In this document: piece after piece, positions 37,361-49,721 of the stretch
How positions within the stretch are numbered: the first letter of the stretch is position 1
How the letters are laid out: each line of letters opens with the position of its first letter
Source: Anolis carolinensis
Lineage: Eukaryota
Length of the DNA: 64,000 nt
Direction of reading: 5' to 3'
NCBI RefSeq assembly: GCF_035594765.1
Contig: NC_085842.1
Span: 318,169,749 to 318,233,748 of the forward strand
Made by a program: the position numbers and the translations under genes
Notes under the pieces: generated by a model
Databases searched by the model: none
Told to the model about the DNA's origin: nothing
What the model saw: only the letters and a program-made list of their open reading frames with translations

Positions 37361-38495
37361 CAGTGGTTCTCATCCTTCCTAATGCAGTGACTCCTTAATA
37401 TATGTTGTGGTGATCCCCAACCATAAAAATATTTTCTTTGCTTCTTCATAACTGTAATTTTGCTCCTGTTATGAATCATAATGTAAATATCTGATATGCA
37501 AGATGTATTTTCATTCACTGGACCAAATTTGGCACAAATACCTGATACACCCAAATTTGAATACTGGTGGGGTTGGGGAGAGATTAATTTTGTCATTGGG
37601 AGTTGTAGTTGCTGGGATGTATACTTCACCTACAATCAAAGAGCATTCCGAACTCCACCAGCGATGGAACTGAACTACACTTGGCACATAGAACTCCCAT
37701 GACTAACAGAAAATACTGGAAGAGTTTGGTGGGCTTTGACCTTGAGTTTTGGAGTTGTAGTTCACCTACACCCAAAGAGCACTGTGGAATCAAACAATGA
37801 TGGATCTGGACCAAATGTGGCACAAATACTCAATATGCTCAAATGTGAACACTGGTGGAGTTTGGGGAAAATAAACCTCGACATTTGGGAGTTGTAGTTG
37901 CCCAGCTCTATTTTTGTTTTGGTTCTTCCTGCACATTATTCCCAGCCCTGGCCCTATTGTTCTGCATTTTGCACAAGCCTCACCTACCCCTTTTAAATAT
38001 GAACATGCCAACCTTTTCCAGTTCATGGTTATGATGCTGATGGATGTATTTTATGATGTTTTTACTTTTCTGGTTTTAATTGTTTTAATTATATTGTTTA
38101 AATATTATATGTTTTAATTATGTAATTTGAATTGCTTGTTTATGCTGGGCTTGGTCCCCATGTAAGCCACCACGAGTCCCTTTGGGGAGATGGAGGTGGA
38201 TTATAAGAATAAAGTTATTGTATTATAGTTGCTAGGATTTATAGATCACCTACAATCAAAGAGCCCCTTGAACCCCACCAATGATAGATTTGGGCAAATT
38301 GGGTTTTTGGTAGGAGGATTTGCCATCTGTTTCCAATAAGTAAAAGAAGAACAGGCAAAGAGATATTCAGCATTCTCTGCAAAAGGAGTTCCTAAGACCA
38401 TCAGAAATATGTGTTTTCTGATGGTCTTTGGCGATCCCTCTAACACCACCTTGTGACCCCCCCAGGGATCCCAACCCCCAGGTTGAAAAACACTG
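37361..38495. mobile_element. Non-autonomous hAT (Charlie-type) element with a nested L2
   Basis: TIRs CAGTGGTTCTCA / TGAAAAACACTG and an 8-bp TSD CCATAAGA / CCATAAGC. Internal GGAGTTGTAGTT repeats. Confidence 0.8.
37901..38225 (+). mobile_element. L2 3' end inserted in the hAT
   Basis: T-rich UTR, GTAAGCCACCACGAGTCCCTTTGGGGAGATGG hairpin and AATAAAGTTATT. TAGTTGC is duplicated on both sides. Confidence 0.75.
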
Positions 38496-38535
38496 CCATA
38501 AGCAGAAGTTGACTTGAAGAATAAATAATTCACAT

Positions 38536-39172
38536 TGTTGCAGTGACATGGAACAGGGTGAAGTTGTTGGATATTGTTTGGCTTAGGTTCATTACAGAAG
38601 GTGTTCTTGAGTTGTCACTGCTGAGAAGTTTTTCTCCACTTTCTCATTCTCACTTCCTGCCAAACTGCCTTGCTAATATGACCATTTGCTGCTGGAATGT
38701 CAATTTAGCTGTTTGTTGACTTTTAGTTTGTTGGAGTATGGTTGTATTTTGTATGAAATGTAAATCAAGTGTTTACTGCTGATGAACAGGAGTGTGTATT
38801 TTTCAGTGATGAAATGGTTAACAGCAGGCTAGTTTTGACTGACAGCCTGTTGTGATTGCTATGACGTATCAGGCATGACTTCCGGCCTTTGGGGGAACTT
38901 CCTCTGGACAGAGGAATGTGTTGTTTATCTTATCTGTGGTTTTCGGCTTGAGCTCTCGCTGGAGATGGACTATGAAAGCTATGCTCTGAAGCCGAGAAAT
39001 GCAACTGTAAATAGATCATGTAAATAAAGTTAATCAACAGTTGGACTTCGTCTGCTGGAGTGTTTGTTTGACCAGTGCTGTTTCTCAGCATGGGAATACA
39101 GTCTGGAGAAGGAGGTGAGACTGGGATGATGAATTTTGGAATCCACTCTGCATACCCCATCATCCCCTGACA
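38536..39172 (+). mobile_element. Possible old solo LTR
   Basis: TGTTG...TGACA ends, with AATAAA (~39023) after TGTAAATA-type motifs. No clear TSD. Confidence 0.4.
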
Positions 39173-39577
39173 TAGTTGGCTTCAATGTATCTTGACAATT
39201 GTGAATGGGAGACCTCCAAGGGCCCCAGTAATCCCCAGCCTTGTTCAGGTCTTGCAAAACCAAGGCTCCAACTTCATTGATGGAGTTCATCCACTGGTAA
39301 AGTTTACTACAGGGAGAAAAACTAAACAGAGATAAATTTGGTAATACTGGGAAAACATCTCTTTTATGGATTTATTTTATTTACTTTAAGCTCATCCCAC
39401 CTTTTTCCTGATAGTTATTCAAAGTGGCTGAGGTCAATCTGAATCAACTTGGCAATTTGCTACATTTACATAGATGTTTACCCAGAAGTAGCAATGGCAT
39501 CTGGAACCAAGATGGTGTGTGCTTTGATCATTAGACTATCACTCTAAAAATAAGGCCAGCCATGAAAACCTACTGGA

Positions 39578-39832
39578 TTTTTTTTAATGTTGGGAGTGAC
39601 TGGAGAAATTGCAAGTTGCTTCTGGTGTGAGAGAATTGGCCGTCTGCAATGACATTGCCCAAGGGACACCCGGATGTTTTACCATCCTGTGGGAAGCTTC
39701 TCTCATGTCCCGACATGGGAAGCTGGAGCTGACAGATAGGAGCTCACACTGCTCCCGAGATTCAAACCGCTGGCCTTTTGATCAGCAGTCCTGCCGGCAC
39801 AAGGGTTTAACCCATTGCACCACCAGGTGCTC
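39578..39832 (-). mobile_element. tRNA-derived SINE, same tail family as 17796-18932
   Basis: Antisense tail, body, B-box (GATTCAAACC) and A-box (TTAACCCATTGCACCACC). Confidence 0.8.
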
Positions 39833-42587
39833 CTACCCATGGGATAAGTCACACATTCTTAGCCTCAGAAAAACCCACAATCAGTTCAACTTAGGGATAC
39901 CATAAGAGATAAATGTCTTGAGGACAGATACAAACCAAGTAATGACATTGCTATGTTCATTATGTCATACCATTAGGAAATATTCACAGCTTGGAGGTGA
40001 AAAGTCATCCAGCACCATTGGGACTAAGTTCATTCACTCCCCTCCAGCCCCAGATTTCTCTGCTCCAATATGATTTTATATACAATGTCCATGTGGAGTT
40101 AGAACTACAGAAGTTGTACATATATGTACAGTTGCAAAGCATTGTAGCTGAGGACCCGTTGTGTAACTCTGGCCTGAAAACTGTTGTTACTCCTAACTAC
40201 AATAAGACCATTCAATCAATGTTTTAAACCTATGCTCTGACTTGGCATTTACCAATTGATTAGATGGTTCTACTCTAATTGAGGCTAACCAAAAACATGC
40301 CATCCTCTCCCCCTTTTAATTTTTCAAGGTATCATAGCATTATTTTAAATGTCTGAATCAACAAGAAGACCAACTTTTTGCCATCAAATCTGATGAAAGT
40401 TTATGGGAGGGAAGATGACAACATTCAGCAAAGAACAGAAAAGAAAGAAGGAAAATGATATGTAGCTAGCAAACATAAAAAGATAAGTACCTTTCAGCAC
40501 ACAGACAAAACGGTGTCATAGGCTGTCTCTGTGCATTTTCTCCTTATTATATAAAGAACTGAATAATAACCAATGTACAGTTTGTGAATAAAAGAATACT
40601 CAGAGGAAAAAAACTGTTCAAGAGATTGCAGAGTAGACAGAAGTACTCCTTTGATAGAAGATGCACAGAGTGGTTTGCTGACCAACTCGGGAAATAATGA
40701 GACAAGACACAGTAAGTTGGCTTGTAAAATAGAGCACTTTATTTAAATATACTCTATTTATTGTTTTCTTGTTGAGAGCTGCAACCAGGGAGAGCAACCT
40801 AGTGTGGGAGCAGCTGAAGTAGGAGATCTTCTCCATACCCCACCTAGCACTTCCTCAGGTTGGAACACCTGAACTCCAAGGAGAAACCACAATGTGAAGG
40901 CCAACCTGAAGTTCTCTCATCTAAGTCACAGGTCTTGAATCATCAGCTGACATGACCATCAGCTGACATCACAATTTGCAGTGATTAAAACAACCAGGTT
41001 TCCCTTTTTAAAGTATCATCTTCCTCTTCTTTTTCAGAGTTGGATGTCCTACTGGAAGAAGAAAACAAAAGATGAAAGTACTGAACTCTATACAGTAACC
41101 AAACTTAGTAACACTAACAGCTTGGGCTGCTGCGAAACTTTCCTGAAATGTATATTAAAGCAATTATGAAATGTCCCAATAAAAACCGATCCTCATGTTG
41201 ATCTAAATCTATCTAATTTAATGTTTTCAAACAATGAAGATATGTTAAATCGTTTCCAGAACTTTGTTAGCATGTAAGTCCCCAATAGAAATGATTGAAC
41301 ATCTTTGTCGAATACAGAGCATCCACACTGAATTCAAGATCCACACTGAATTCAACTGAAGTTGTTCATGTGCTTGTAGATACACACACGTGTTTTGGGG
41401 TCCAGTGCAATCTGGGGTCCAGGCTGGATGGTCATCCATTGAGTGTGCTTGCATTGCAGGAGGTTGGACTGGATGGCCCTAAAGTTCTCTTCCAACTCTA
41501 TAATGGTTTGATTCAATATATAAAGCCACATGGCAAGATTTGCCCTATGTAATCCTGCTCTAGGATCTTGGCCTTGGTTTCTTAGTCTGTGTGATCACAG
41601 AAACATACAGCCAAGGATATAACCTCAAGTAAGTGTTACATCTACAACCAAATGGGTGCCATGCCATAACTCACACTCAGCAATGACAGCCTTAATGACA
41701 CACCATTCACAGTCTTTTGTTATTAGAGCCGTGTCACAGCAATGGCTAAAGCCAGCCTCAGGCTACCCGTACCATCACGAACTTGCTGCTAATTCCATTT
41801 TGTCATAAAACTGGGAGAAGTTTAATGACTCAAGAAGACGTGAATGACAATGTTTTTTATCTTAAAGCCAAGGGCATGGAATGTCGTGTGGCATAGACCT
41901 AAGCACTCCGGATATACCCACACTGCTTTTAACAGCTTTTATTTTTACACACACACCATGAGTTAGAATGGATGCAAAGCAAGGCAATACAGTCGAAAGA
42001 GGATTTTGTATAATCTGATCCAGGGGACTCCCATTTCAGTTAGGGATTGAGAGAATATTCAAAAATTACCAGCAAATACGTGAAAAACACATTTGTTGGG
42101 TATCAAGAAAACCTGATAGGATGAGTTCTGGGTTGAAAATGAGAATTTTCATTTGATGTGGTTCCAGCTGAGGCCAAATGTTTACTCTAGACTACTTCCT
42201 CAGCCTTCCCTTGGGCAAACCCCTGAAGACAACCCAATAATTGGGTTGCTCCCTGATCGGGACTTACTGGAAGATAACACCAACCCAAATTTGAAAACTT
42301 TGTAATTTCAACCCAAATCCTCTAAGTGTGAGCAAAATGAGGCATAATTCTAAGTCCACCCATCAGGTGTTGACCACAGAGATGTGCTTGATGTCCTAGA
42401 AATGCTATAAACATTTTCTCTGTAGGAATTTTCTATGTTCTCCAGTGTGATTCTATGGTATGCTTCTCTGAGAAGTCATTCATTTTGATTGGTTTCACTA
42501 TCTCCTGCAGTTTTTCATTTTCATCGTACGTATGTACAAGAACCTCACAGATATGAGGCCCATTACTGTAATCATTAACCTTTTTAA

Positions 42588-42633
<46 letters not shown>

Positions 42634-42637
<4 letters not shown>

Positions 42638-43850
42638 GCAAGCTCAATGGAGGCAACACCATCAAGGCCATAAACACCTGAGCCATACCTGTCATAAGAT
42701 ATACTGCTGGCATTATAAACTGGACACAGATGGAACTGGACAATTTGGACAGAAAAACAAGAAAACTCATGACCATTCATCATTCACTGCACCCTCGCAG
42801 TGATGTTGGCCGGCTATATCTGCCTAGAAGATCCGGGGGCAGAGGACTCTTACAAGTCAAACAAGCAGTCAAAGAAGAAGAACATGCCCTGGCAGAATAT
42901 GTAAAGCAAAGTGAAGAACCTGCTTTGATTGAAGTCAAAAATCAGAAACTCCTCAAAGCACAGCAGACAAAAAACCAGTACAAGAAAGCCACACTACAAA
43001 CTAGAGCTGACAGCTGGCACAACAAAACATTGCATGGAAAGTTCCTTGACAAAATTGAAGGAAAAGCTGATAAGGAGAAGACCTGGATCTGGCTCACGAA
43101 TGGGACCCTGAAGAAGGAGACAGAAGGCCTGATCCTTGCAGCCCAGGAGCAAGCCATCAGAACAAATGAAATTAAGGCCAAGATCGAAAAATCAGCTGAT
43201 GACCCAAAATGCAGACTGTGCAAGGAAACCGACGAAACCATTGATCATATCCTCAGCTGCTGTAAGAAAATCGCACAGACTACAAACAGAGGCTCAACTC
43301 TGTGGCCCAAATGATTCATTGGAACTTATGCCTCAAGTACCACCTCCCAGCACTAAAGAACTGGTGGGATCACAAACCTGCAAAAGTATTGGATAATGAG
43401 CACGCAAAGATACTGTGAGACTTCCGAATCCAGACTGACAAAGTTCTGGAACACAACACACCAGACATCACAGTTGTGGAAAAGAACAAGGTTTGGATAA
43501 TTGATGTTGCCATCCCAGGTGACAGTCGCATTGATGAAAAACAACAGGAAAAACTCAGCCGCTATCAGGACCTCAAGATTGAACTTCAAAGACTCTGGCA
43601 GAAACCAGAGTCCCGGTGGTCCTGGTGGTGATGGGCACATTGGGTGCCGTGCCAAAAGATCTCAGCCGGCATTTGGAAACAATAGACATTGACAAAATTA
43701 CGATCTGCCAGCTGCAAAAGGCCACCCTGCTGGGATCTGCGCGCATCATCCGAAAATACATCACACAGTCCTAGACACTTGGGAATTGTTCGACTTGTGA
43801 TTTTGTGATATGAAATCCAGCATATCTATCTTGTTTGCTGTGTCATAATG
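42634..43850 (+). mobile_element. R4/Dong-clade non-LTR retrotransposon, 5'-truncated, in (TAA)n
   Basis: RLYLPRRSGGRGL, AAQEQAI and the CCHC knuckle CRLCKETDETIDHILSCC, then an RLE motif (HNTPDITVVEKNKVWIIDVAIP) in shifted frames. Flanked by (AAT)n at 42588-42633 and 43852-43866. Confidence 0.9.
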
Positions 43851-44136
43851 AAATAATAATAATAATGTCCTTAAATATAATTTAGGAAACAAACCACTAT
43901 CATCATACATTAATGAGCATGTGAATAAAAGGACAATTTTAGCTGCCTGCTGGGAATGCAAAACAGATGACCATGGAAAAAAACCCATTGGGTGACTTCA
44001 GGCAAATCGTACACTCTCAAGCTCAGGAAACTTCATGAAAAATTCACTTTGGGGTTTGCACAGGTTGGAAAGCACTTGAAGGCACACAAAAATAAAAACA
44101 AGTCTATAATCTAAGCCTTAATAAACTGTAAAAACA

Positions 44137-44220
44137 ATGCCTGCCATAGGTGTGGGTGAAACATCAGGAGAGAATACTTCTGGAACACGGCTATACAGTC
44201 CGGAAAACACAAAAAAACTC
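44137..44220 (+). mobile_element. Penelope-derived half-hairpin fragment
   Basis: ATGCCTGCCATAGGTGTGGGTGAAACATCAGGAGAGAATACTTCTGGAAC matches the right arms at 49348 and 56517. Confidence 0.7.
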
Positions 44221-45289
44221 CCACAAAGTTTGTAAGTGTGATTATGCCTTCCAGCCAAAGATCTAAACAAAATACACAAAGCTTATTCAAGCACTTTGAA
44301 AGACTGTTTCCTCTCTACATTCTTGCCTGTCAAGGAATGGTTGTTCATGTTGTTGCTCCTGGTGCCTTTTGTCTCTAACTTGCTCTCATCCAACAAAACC
44401 CCTCAACAAACACACTCCTATGGAGGCAGCAGCTGAAATTTGAGGGAACCGATAACTCCTACTGTGCAAGCAGCCTTCAACAAGGGTCCTCAACCTATCT
44501 CATGAAAGAGAAGCTCTTTTTTCCCCCAGCTAAAAAACTTTTCTGGATGACTGCTCTACCATTCACCGAAGAGGCCGGTGGAAATGAAAGCAGCTCTCCT
44601 ATCTATTCTGCCTCAGGATTGAGCTAAAATGGAGTGAGAACTATCACCGTGAAGCCTAGCATTTAAAGAGGGGAAAAAAACATACACACCTAAGCAAACA
44701 ATGCCAACAATAAGAAATCCTATGATGGAACTAACTCTTTTTCTTGGGAAAGAAGGATCAATAAGAGAAGTGTGTGATGCTGAGAAGAGGTCATTTCTTC
44801 TGTGGTATTGATATAGTTTGGAAACTTTCAGGGAATCATTCAAGTCTTCAAGGAATCATTTTCCCTTTGAAGGAGAGACTGAAAGAGACAATACACACTT
44901 TATCTAATTGCACAGGGGTTTGCTGTATGTTCCATTCACATTAGCTCAAAACTTTGAATGGTTGGTGTGGGGTTTTTTTTTAATAAGAACGGGATCATAT
45001 TCACATATTTCTTTACAATTCTAGCAGAAAGAACTTAAAGGTTGGGTGTTTTTTTTAGATAATTGTGGGCGAAAAGGAAACTGTGAAATATGTCTATCTC
45101 TCAAAAGAGTCTAAACCACATAACTCCATAAGACAGAAGCTACCCTCTGTCTCATTAATGTAGCAAAAAACATTTGTTATTTGTTTCCCTGTATAGAATG
45201 GTCACCAAAGTTAGGTAGAATGATAGAATGACTGGAATCTTATTTGTGGCCTACAGCCCTGAACACAATTCAGCAAGTGTTAGTAATAC

Positions 45290-45425
45290 CAGGCATGGAC
45301 AAACTTCAGCCCTCCAAATATTTTGGACTTCATTACCCACAATTCCTGACAGCTGGTAAACTGGCTGGGATTTCTGAGAGTTGAAGGAGTTGAAAAACCA
45401 GGAGGGCCAACGTTTGTCCATACAT
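45290..45425. mobile_element. Short hAT-type MITE; a relative is at ~50230-50336
   Basis: CAGGCATGGACAAAC / GTTTGTCCATACATG inverted ends and a shared core ACAGCTGGTAAACTGGCTGGGATTTCTG. Confidence 0.65.
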
Positions 45426-45575
45426 GAGTTGTAGGAAACATATACATCCCATATTGAAACAGCTTCATTGGCTACCAGTTCATTTCCACACACAATTGAA
45501 CATGCTGGTCATGACCTACAAAACCCTAGGTAGATTGGATTCAGACTATGAGAAAAGAGCATCTCTCTCCATACG
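45426..45575 (+). mobile_element. L2 ORF2 C-terminal fragment
   Basis: HIHPILKQLHWLPV matches the L2 HITP.L..LHWLPV motif. Confidence 0.6.
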
Positions 45576-45579
45576 AATC

Positions 45580-46190
45580 TGCTTTTCTTATTTTCCTTCT
45601 GCTTTCTACCTCACAAGTTTTATTGTCTTGTCTATTGAGTCATGTCTTCTCATGATATGGCCAAAGTACCACAGTCTCCATTTAGTCATCTTGGCTTCTA
45701 GGGAGAGTTTAGTTTTGATTTGTTCTAGGACCCATTCATTTGTGCAGTCCATAGTACCTGAAGAATTCTTCTCCAGCACCATGTTTCAAATGAGTTGATT
45801 TTCTTCCTATCTCCTTTCTCCACTGTCCAACTTTCACTATGATATTATGGACTTCGCCACATGGCCAGCGGCTGGTGGTGGCAGCGTTCTTCTTAATGGC
45901 AAGGATTGGAGGTTGTCATCTCACCGTCAGCAAAACGACATGAAACTAGTCGAGACGATGGCCTCCATGCCTCACCATTAAAAAGAGTGAGGCCACCGGT
46001 CTCGTGGGCAATTCTTACTTCATCATTCAAAGGTATCTTGACACTTCAAGATGTTTTCTAGTTCCTTCATAGCTGCGCTTTAAAATTCTTGTGTTTTCTT
46101 AATTGCAGATTCCGTTCTGATTAAAGACTGAGTCATGGTATGGAACATCTTCATTGTCTTCATTGTCTAATTTAAAGTTATGTAAATCAT
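45580..46190 (-). mobile_element. Decayed RTE-clade LINE fragment
   Basis: Antisense of YFGHIMRR (GTCTTCTCATGATATGGCCAAAGTA) and adjacent RTE 3' motifs. Confidence 0.6.
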
Positions 46191-46237
46191 GTGTGATCAT
46201 CATTTTGTTTTCTCAATTGGTATTTTATAGATTTTAC

Positions 46238-46296
<59 letters not shown>

Positions 46297-46303
46297 TGAT
46301 GAT

Positions 46304-46674
46304 GGTTTGGATCATTGATGTTGCCATCCCAGGTGACAGTCGCGTTCACGAAAAACAACAGGAAAAACTCAGCCGCTATCAGGACCTCAAGATTGAACTT
46401 CAAAGACTCTGGAAGAAACCAGTGCAGGTGGTCCTGGTGGTGATGGGCACACTGGGTGCTGTGCCAAAAGATCTCAGCCGGCATTTGGAAACAATAGACG
46501 TTGACAAAATTATGATCTGCCAACTGGAAAAGGCCACCCTACTGGGATCTGCACGCATCATCCGAAAATACATCACACAGTCCTAGACACTTGGGAAGTG
46601 TTCGACTTGTGATTTTGTGATACGAAATCCAGCATATCTATCTTGTTTGCTGTGTCATACAATGTCGTTGTGTA
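46304..46674 (+). mobile_element. R4/Dong-clade 3' fragment in (TAA)n
   Basis: VWIIDVAIPGDSRVHEKQQEKLSRYQDLKIELQRLW, with a 3' UTR nearly identical to 43760-43850. Flanked by (AAT)n at ~46239-46294 and 46675-46746. Confidence 0.9.
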
Positions 46675-46692
46675 AATAATAATAATAATAAC

Positions 46693-46745
<53 letters not shown>

Positions 46746-46746
<1 letters not shown>

Positions 46747-46820
46747 TTATTTTTATATCCCACTCCCATCTCACCCAGGGGGTCTCGGGATGGTTCACAT
46801 GGGGAACAAGCCCAATGTCA
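46746..46820 (-). mobile_element. L2 3' tail
   Basis: Antisense of GGGCTTG..CCCCATGTGAACC..CCCGAGACCCC...GAGATGGGAGTGGGATATAAAAATAA, matching the L2 ends at 21820-21897 and 38146-38225. Confidence 0.7.
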
Positions 46821-47637
46821 CATATGATAAATAGTCATATGAAAAAACCAATATAAACAATATAAACAATAAAACCATCATTGTACCTTCCAATTCCCTT
46901 AATTTTTTAAAAAAAATGAATGGGGTACGTTAGGGATATATTACAACAGAAAATTAACACCTTTGTCCTGTCTGTGCAAATGAGCTGTTTCTGTTTTTGT
47001 TTCCTACTAGTTCATGACCCAACAGTTGGTGAACCTTTTAGTTCACTCCATGGTTAAGTTAGTGACTCAAAGGACTTGTCCAAACCCCAAGGTCTGCCAG
47101 TCTTCACAGGCAACCAATATATCTTTTGCAAACAAAGAGAGAGAAAGAATAATGGGTGAAGGCTTCTGAAAGACGAGAGGCTGCGTAAGATAGAAGGAAA
47201 TCAAGTTTCAGCCCTCGTTCACTGAAACTTTTGACACATCAATATCAAGCCGCAGCATCTCTTGAGTGAGGAGTCAGGAATGTAATTTGCCACGTTATCT
47301 TTCCCCAGGAAAGCAAATGAGTGAAATCTAATTGGCTTTCCCATTATGGAGAACTTTAGCAATTGTAGCAGTGACGTTTTCGCACTAGGAAAAACAAATT
47401 CAAGGCAAACATTATTTGCAGCATGTGGAAATAATAATGATAATGATAACACTGCACATTTTCATTCTTGCCAATCTTCTTGATGAAACCCAATCTATCT
47501 GTCCATCCAATGTGGCAGCGTACGTCATTCCTCTATTAGGATTGTAAACTGTAATTATTGCTTTCCAATGGCATTACCATAAGTAATTCTCGTTTGTTAA
47601 CCCTTCTTCTGTCGATCCTTAAATAACTTCACCGGCC

Positions 47638-48050
47638 CATTCTGTTTGATATTATTGCTTGCTGTCATGCTTTTATGGACTTGTATTCACTGGAACAAAC
47701 ATGAATGGCGGCACATATTCAGCATGCAAAGGGATCTTGTAGCACCTTTGAGACTAACGGAAAGAAAAAGGTTGGTAGAATATGCTTTCGTTGACTGAAG
47801 TGTTAACAGCTTTTTTTCTCGTAGTTTGTCTCAAAAGTATTACAAGATCCCTTTGCATGCTGAATATGTGCAACCATTCATGTTTGTTTCAATGAACACA
47901 AGTCCTTGGAAGCAAGACAACAAGCAATAATATCAATCAGAAAGTGGGAAGGGAGTTATTTAGGAAGAAACAGGCCTGATGAAGTAGACTTAAGTTTACA
48001 GATGCTTATGCCCAACTTTTCTTCTGTAACTTTGAAGTGAATGCATCAGA
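47638..48050. mobile_element. Penelope-like remnant forming a ~310-bp imperfect palindrome, plus a decayed hammerhead-like motif
   Basis: Arms GCACATATTCAGCATGCAAAGGGATCTTGTAGCACCTTTGAGAC / GTCTCAAAAGTATTACAAGATCCCTTTGCATGCTGAATATGTGC extend out to ~47640 and ~47945. CTGATGAAGTAGACTTAAGTTTAC at ~47976. Confidence 0.65.
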
Positions 48051-48130
48051 CAAAAGGTGTTTCAAGTCTTTTTGCTGTGGAATCTATATATGTCTAAGGC
48101 ACCAATTGGCTTATGGTGAAGATGTACTCT

Positions 48131-48870
48131 TAGAATTATAAAATCATAGAGTTGGAAGAGACCTCGTGGGCCATCCAGTCCAACCCCTTACCAAGAAGCA
48201 GGAAAATCACACTCAAAGCACGCCTGACAGAAGACCATGCAGCCTCTGCTTAAAAGCCTCCAAAGAAGGAGCCTCCACCACACTTTGGGGAAGAGAGTTC
48301 CACTGCTGAACAGCACTCACAATTAGGAAGTTCTTCCCAATGTTCAAGTAGAATCATTCTTGTAATTTGCAGCCATTGTTCCTAGTCTCCAGGTCAGCAG
48401 AAAAGCTTTCTCTCCCATACCTATGATTTCCCCTCACATATTTATACATGGCCATCATGTCTTCTCTCAGCCTTCTCTTCTGCAGGCTAAACATGCCCAG
48501 CTCTTTAAGCCGCTCCTCATAGGGCTTGTTCTCTAGACCCTTGATCATTTTAGTCGCCCTCCTCTGGACACATTCCAGCTTGTCAACATCTCCCTTCAAC
48601 TGTGGTGCCCAGAATTGGACACAGTGTGATTCCAGGTGTGGCCTGACCAAGGCAGAATAGAGGAATAGCATGACTTCCCTGGAGCTAGACACTAGACTCT
48701 GGTTGATGCAAGCCAAAATCCCATTGGCTTTTTTAGCTGCCGTATCAATTGTTGGCTCATGTCTAATTTGTTGTCCACAAGGATTCCAAGATCATTTTTA
48801 CACATACTGCTGTTGAGTCAGGCACTGTCCCCCATTCTGTATCTTTACATTTCATTTTTTCTGCTTAAGT
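48131..48870 (-). mobile_element. CR1 LINE 3' fragment
   Basis: ORF 48354-48716 ([40 protein letters not shown]) and a CR1 3' UTR/tail. Confidence 0.9.
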
Positions 48871-49001
48871 GGTTTGCATGTCTCATCACCTCAGTTGACT
48901 ATGCATGCCAATATGTTCCTCTTCCAAAGAGAAGTGGTCAAAATTTGCAACAATTGGGGCATAAATTTGCTGCAACAAAGCTAGTTAGATGAATGAATCT
49001 C

Positions 49002-49049
<48 letters not shown>

Positions 49050-49237
49050 TTTGTTTTCAGTTTTTTAATGAAATTTACTAAAAATTGCACATTTCCTCAT
49101 ATTTGTGATTGGAGCACCTTAAGAATATTTTCTAGGGGAAAAATGAAGTGTAGAAAACATTCAGCCTGAAAGTCCCAGGGGTTTGAAGGTTTAACTAAAA
49201 GATAATTCTATGGTTAATTTTAAGAAAGATTTGTATT

Positions 49238-49459
49238 GAGTTGCTGTGAGTTTTCCGGGCTGTATGGCTATGTTCCAGAAGCAGTCTCTCCTGATATTTC
49301 ACTCACATTTATGGCACATCTATGGTCTGACCTCACAACCTCTGAGGATGCCTGCCATAGATGTGGGTGAAACATAAGGAGAGAATGCTTCTTGAACATG
49401 GTCATACAACCCGGAAACCTCACAGCAACCCAGCGTTTCCACCCATTAAAACCTTTGAC
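49238..49459. mobile_element. Penelope-derived palindromic element with a minimal hammerhead-like core
   Basis: Inverted arms around CCTCACAACCTCTGAGG and a 12-bp duplication AAGATTTGTATT (49226-49237, 49460-49471). Confidence 0.8.
49339..49379 (+). ncRNA. Minimal type I hammerhead ribozyme motif (Penelope-type), probably decayed
   Basis: CCU-CUGAGGA-U-GCCUGC/CAUAGAU/GUGGGU-GAAA-CAUA-AGG. CCU pairs with AGG (stem I), and the CUGANGA and GAAA cores are intact. Confidence 0.55.
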
Positions 49460-49721
49460 AAGATTTGTATTTCTTTATTGCTCTTTAAAGTCAATGTTGA
49501 GCAGATTAAAAAAAATGGGTTTCATTAGATAATAGAATTATTCTATCAATAGAAAAGGTAACTACAATTTAAATCACAGGAAGTACATTAAATATTGGTT
49601 AGTGCTACTATTTAAGGGAAGGAAGTTCTATGCAATATTATAGGTTTGTTTAGTTTAATCCAGTTTAGACAACGGTAGAATTGTTTTGTGTTTTGTTTTG
49701 TGAGTGGTTGTCTATTGTAAA

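Noticed and set aside
42433-42783. ORFs with poly-Tyr or poly-Ile runs (also 46200-46523)
   Set aside because: These are translations of (TAA)n microsatellites antisense to R4-clade elements.
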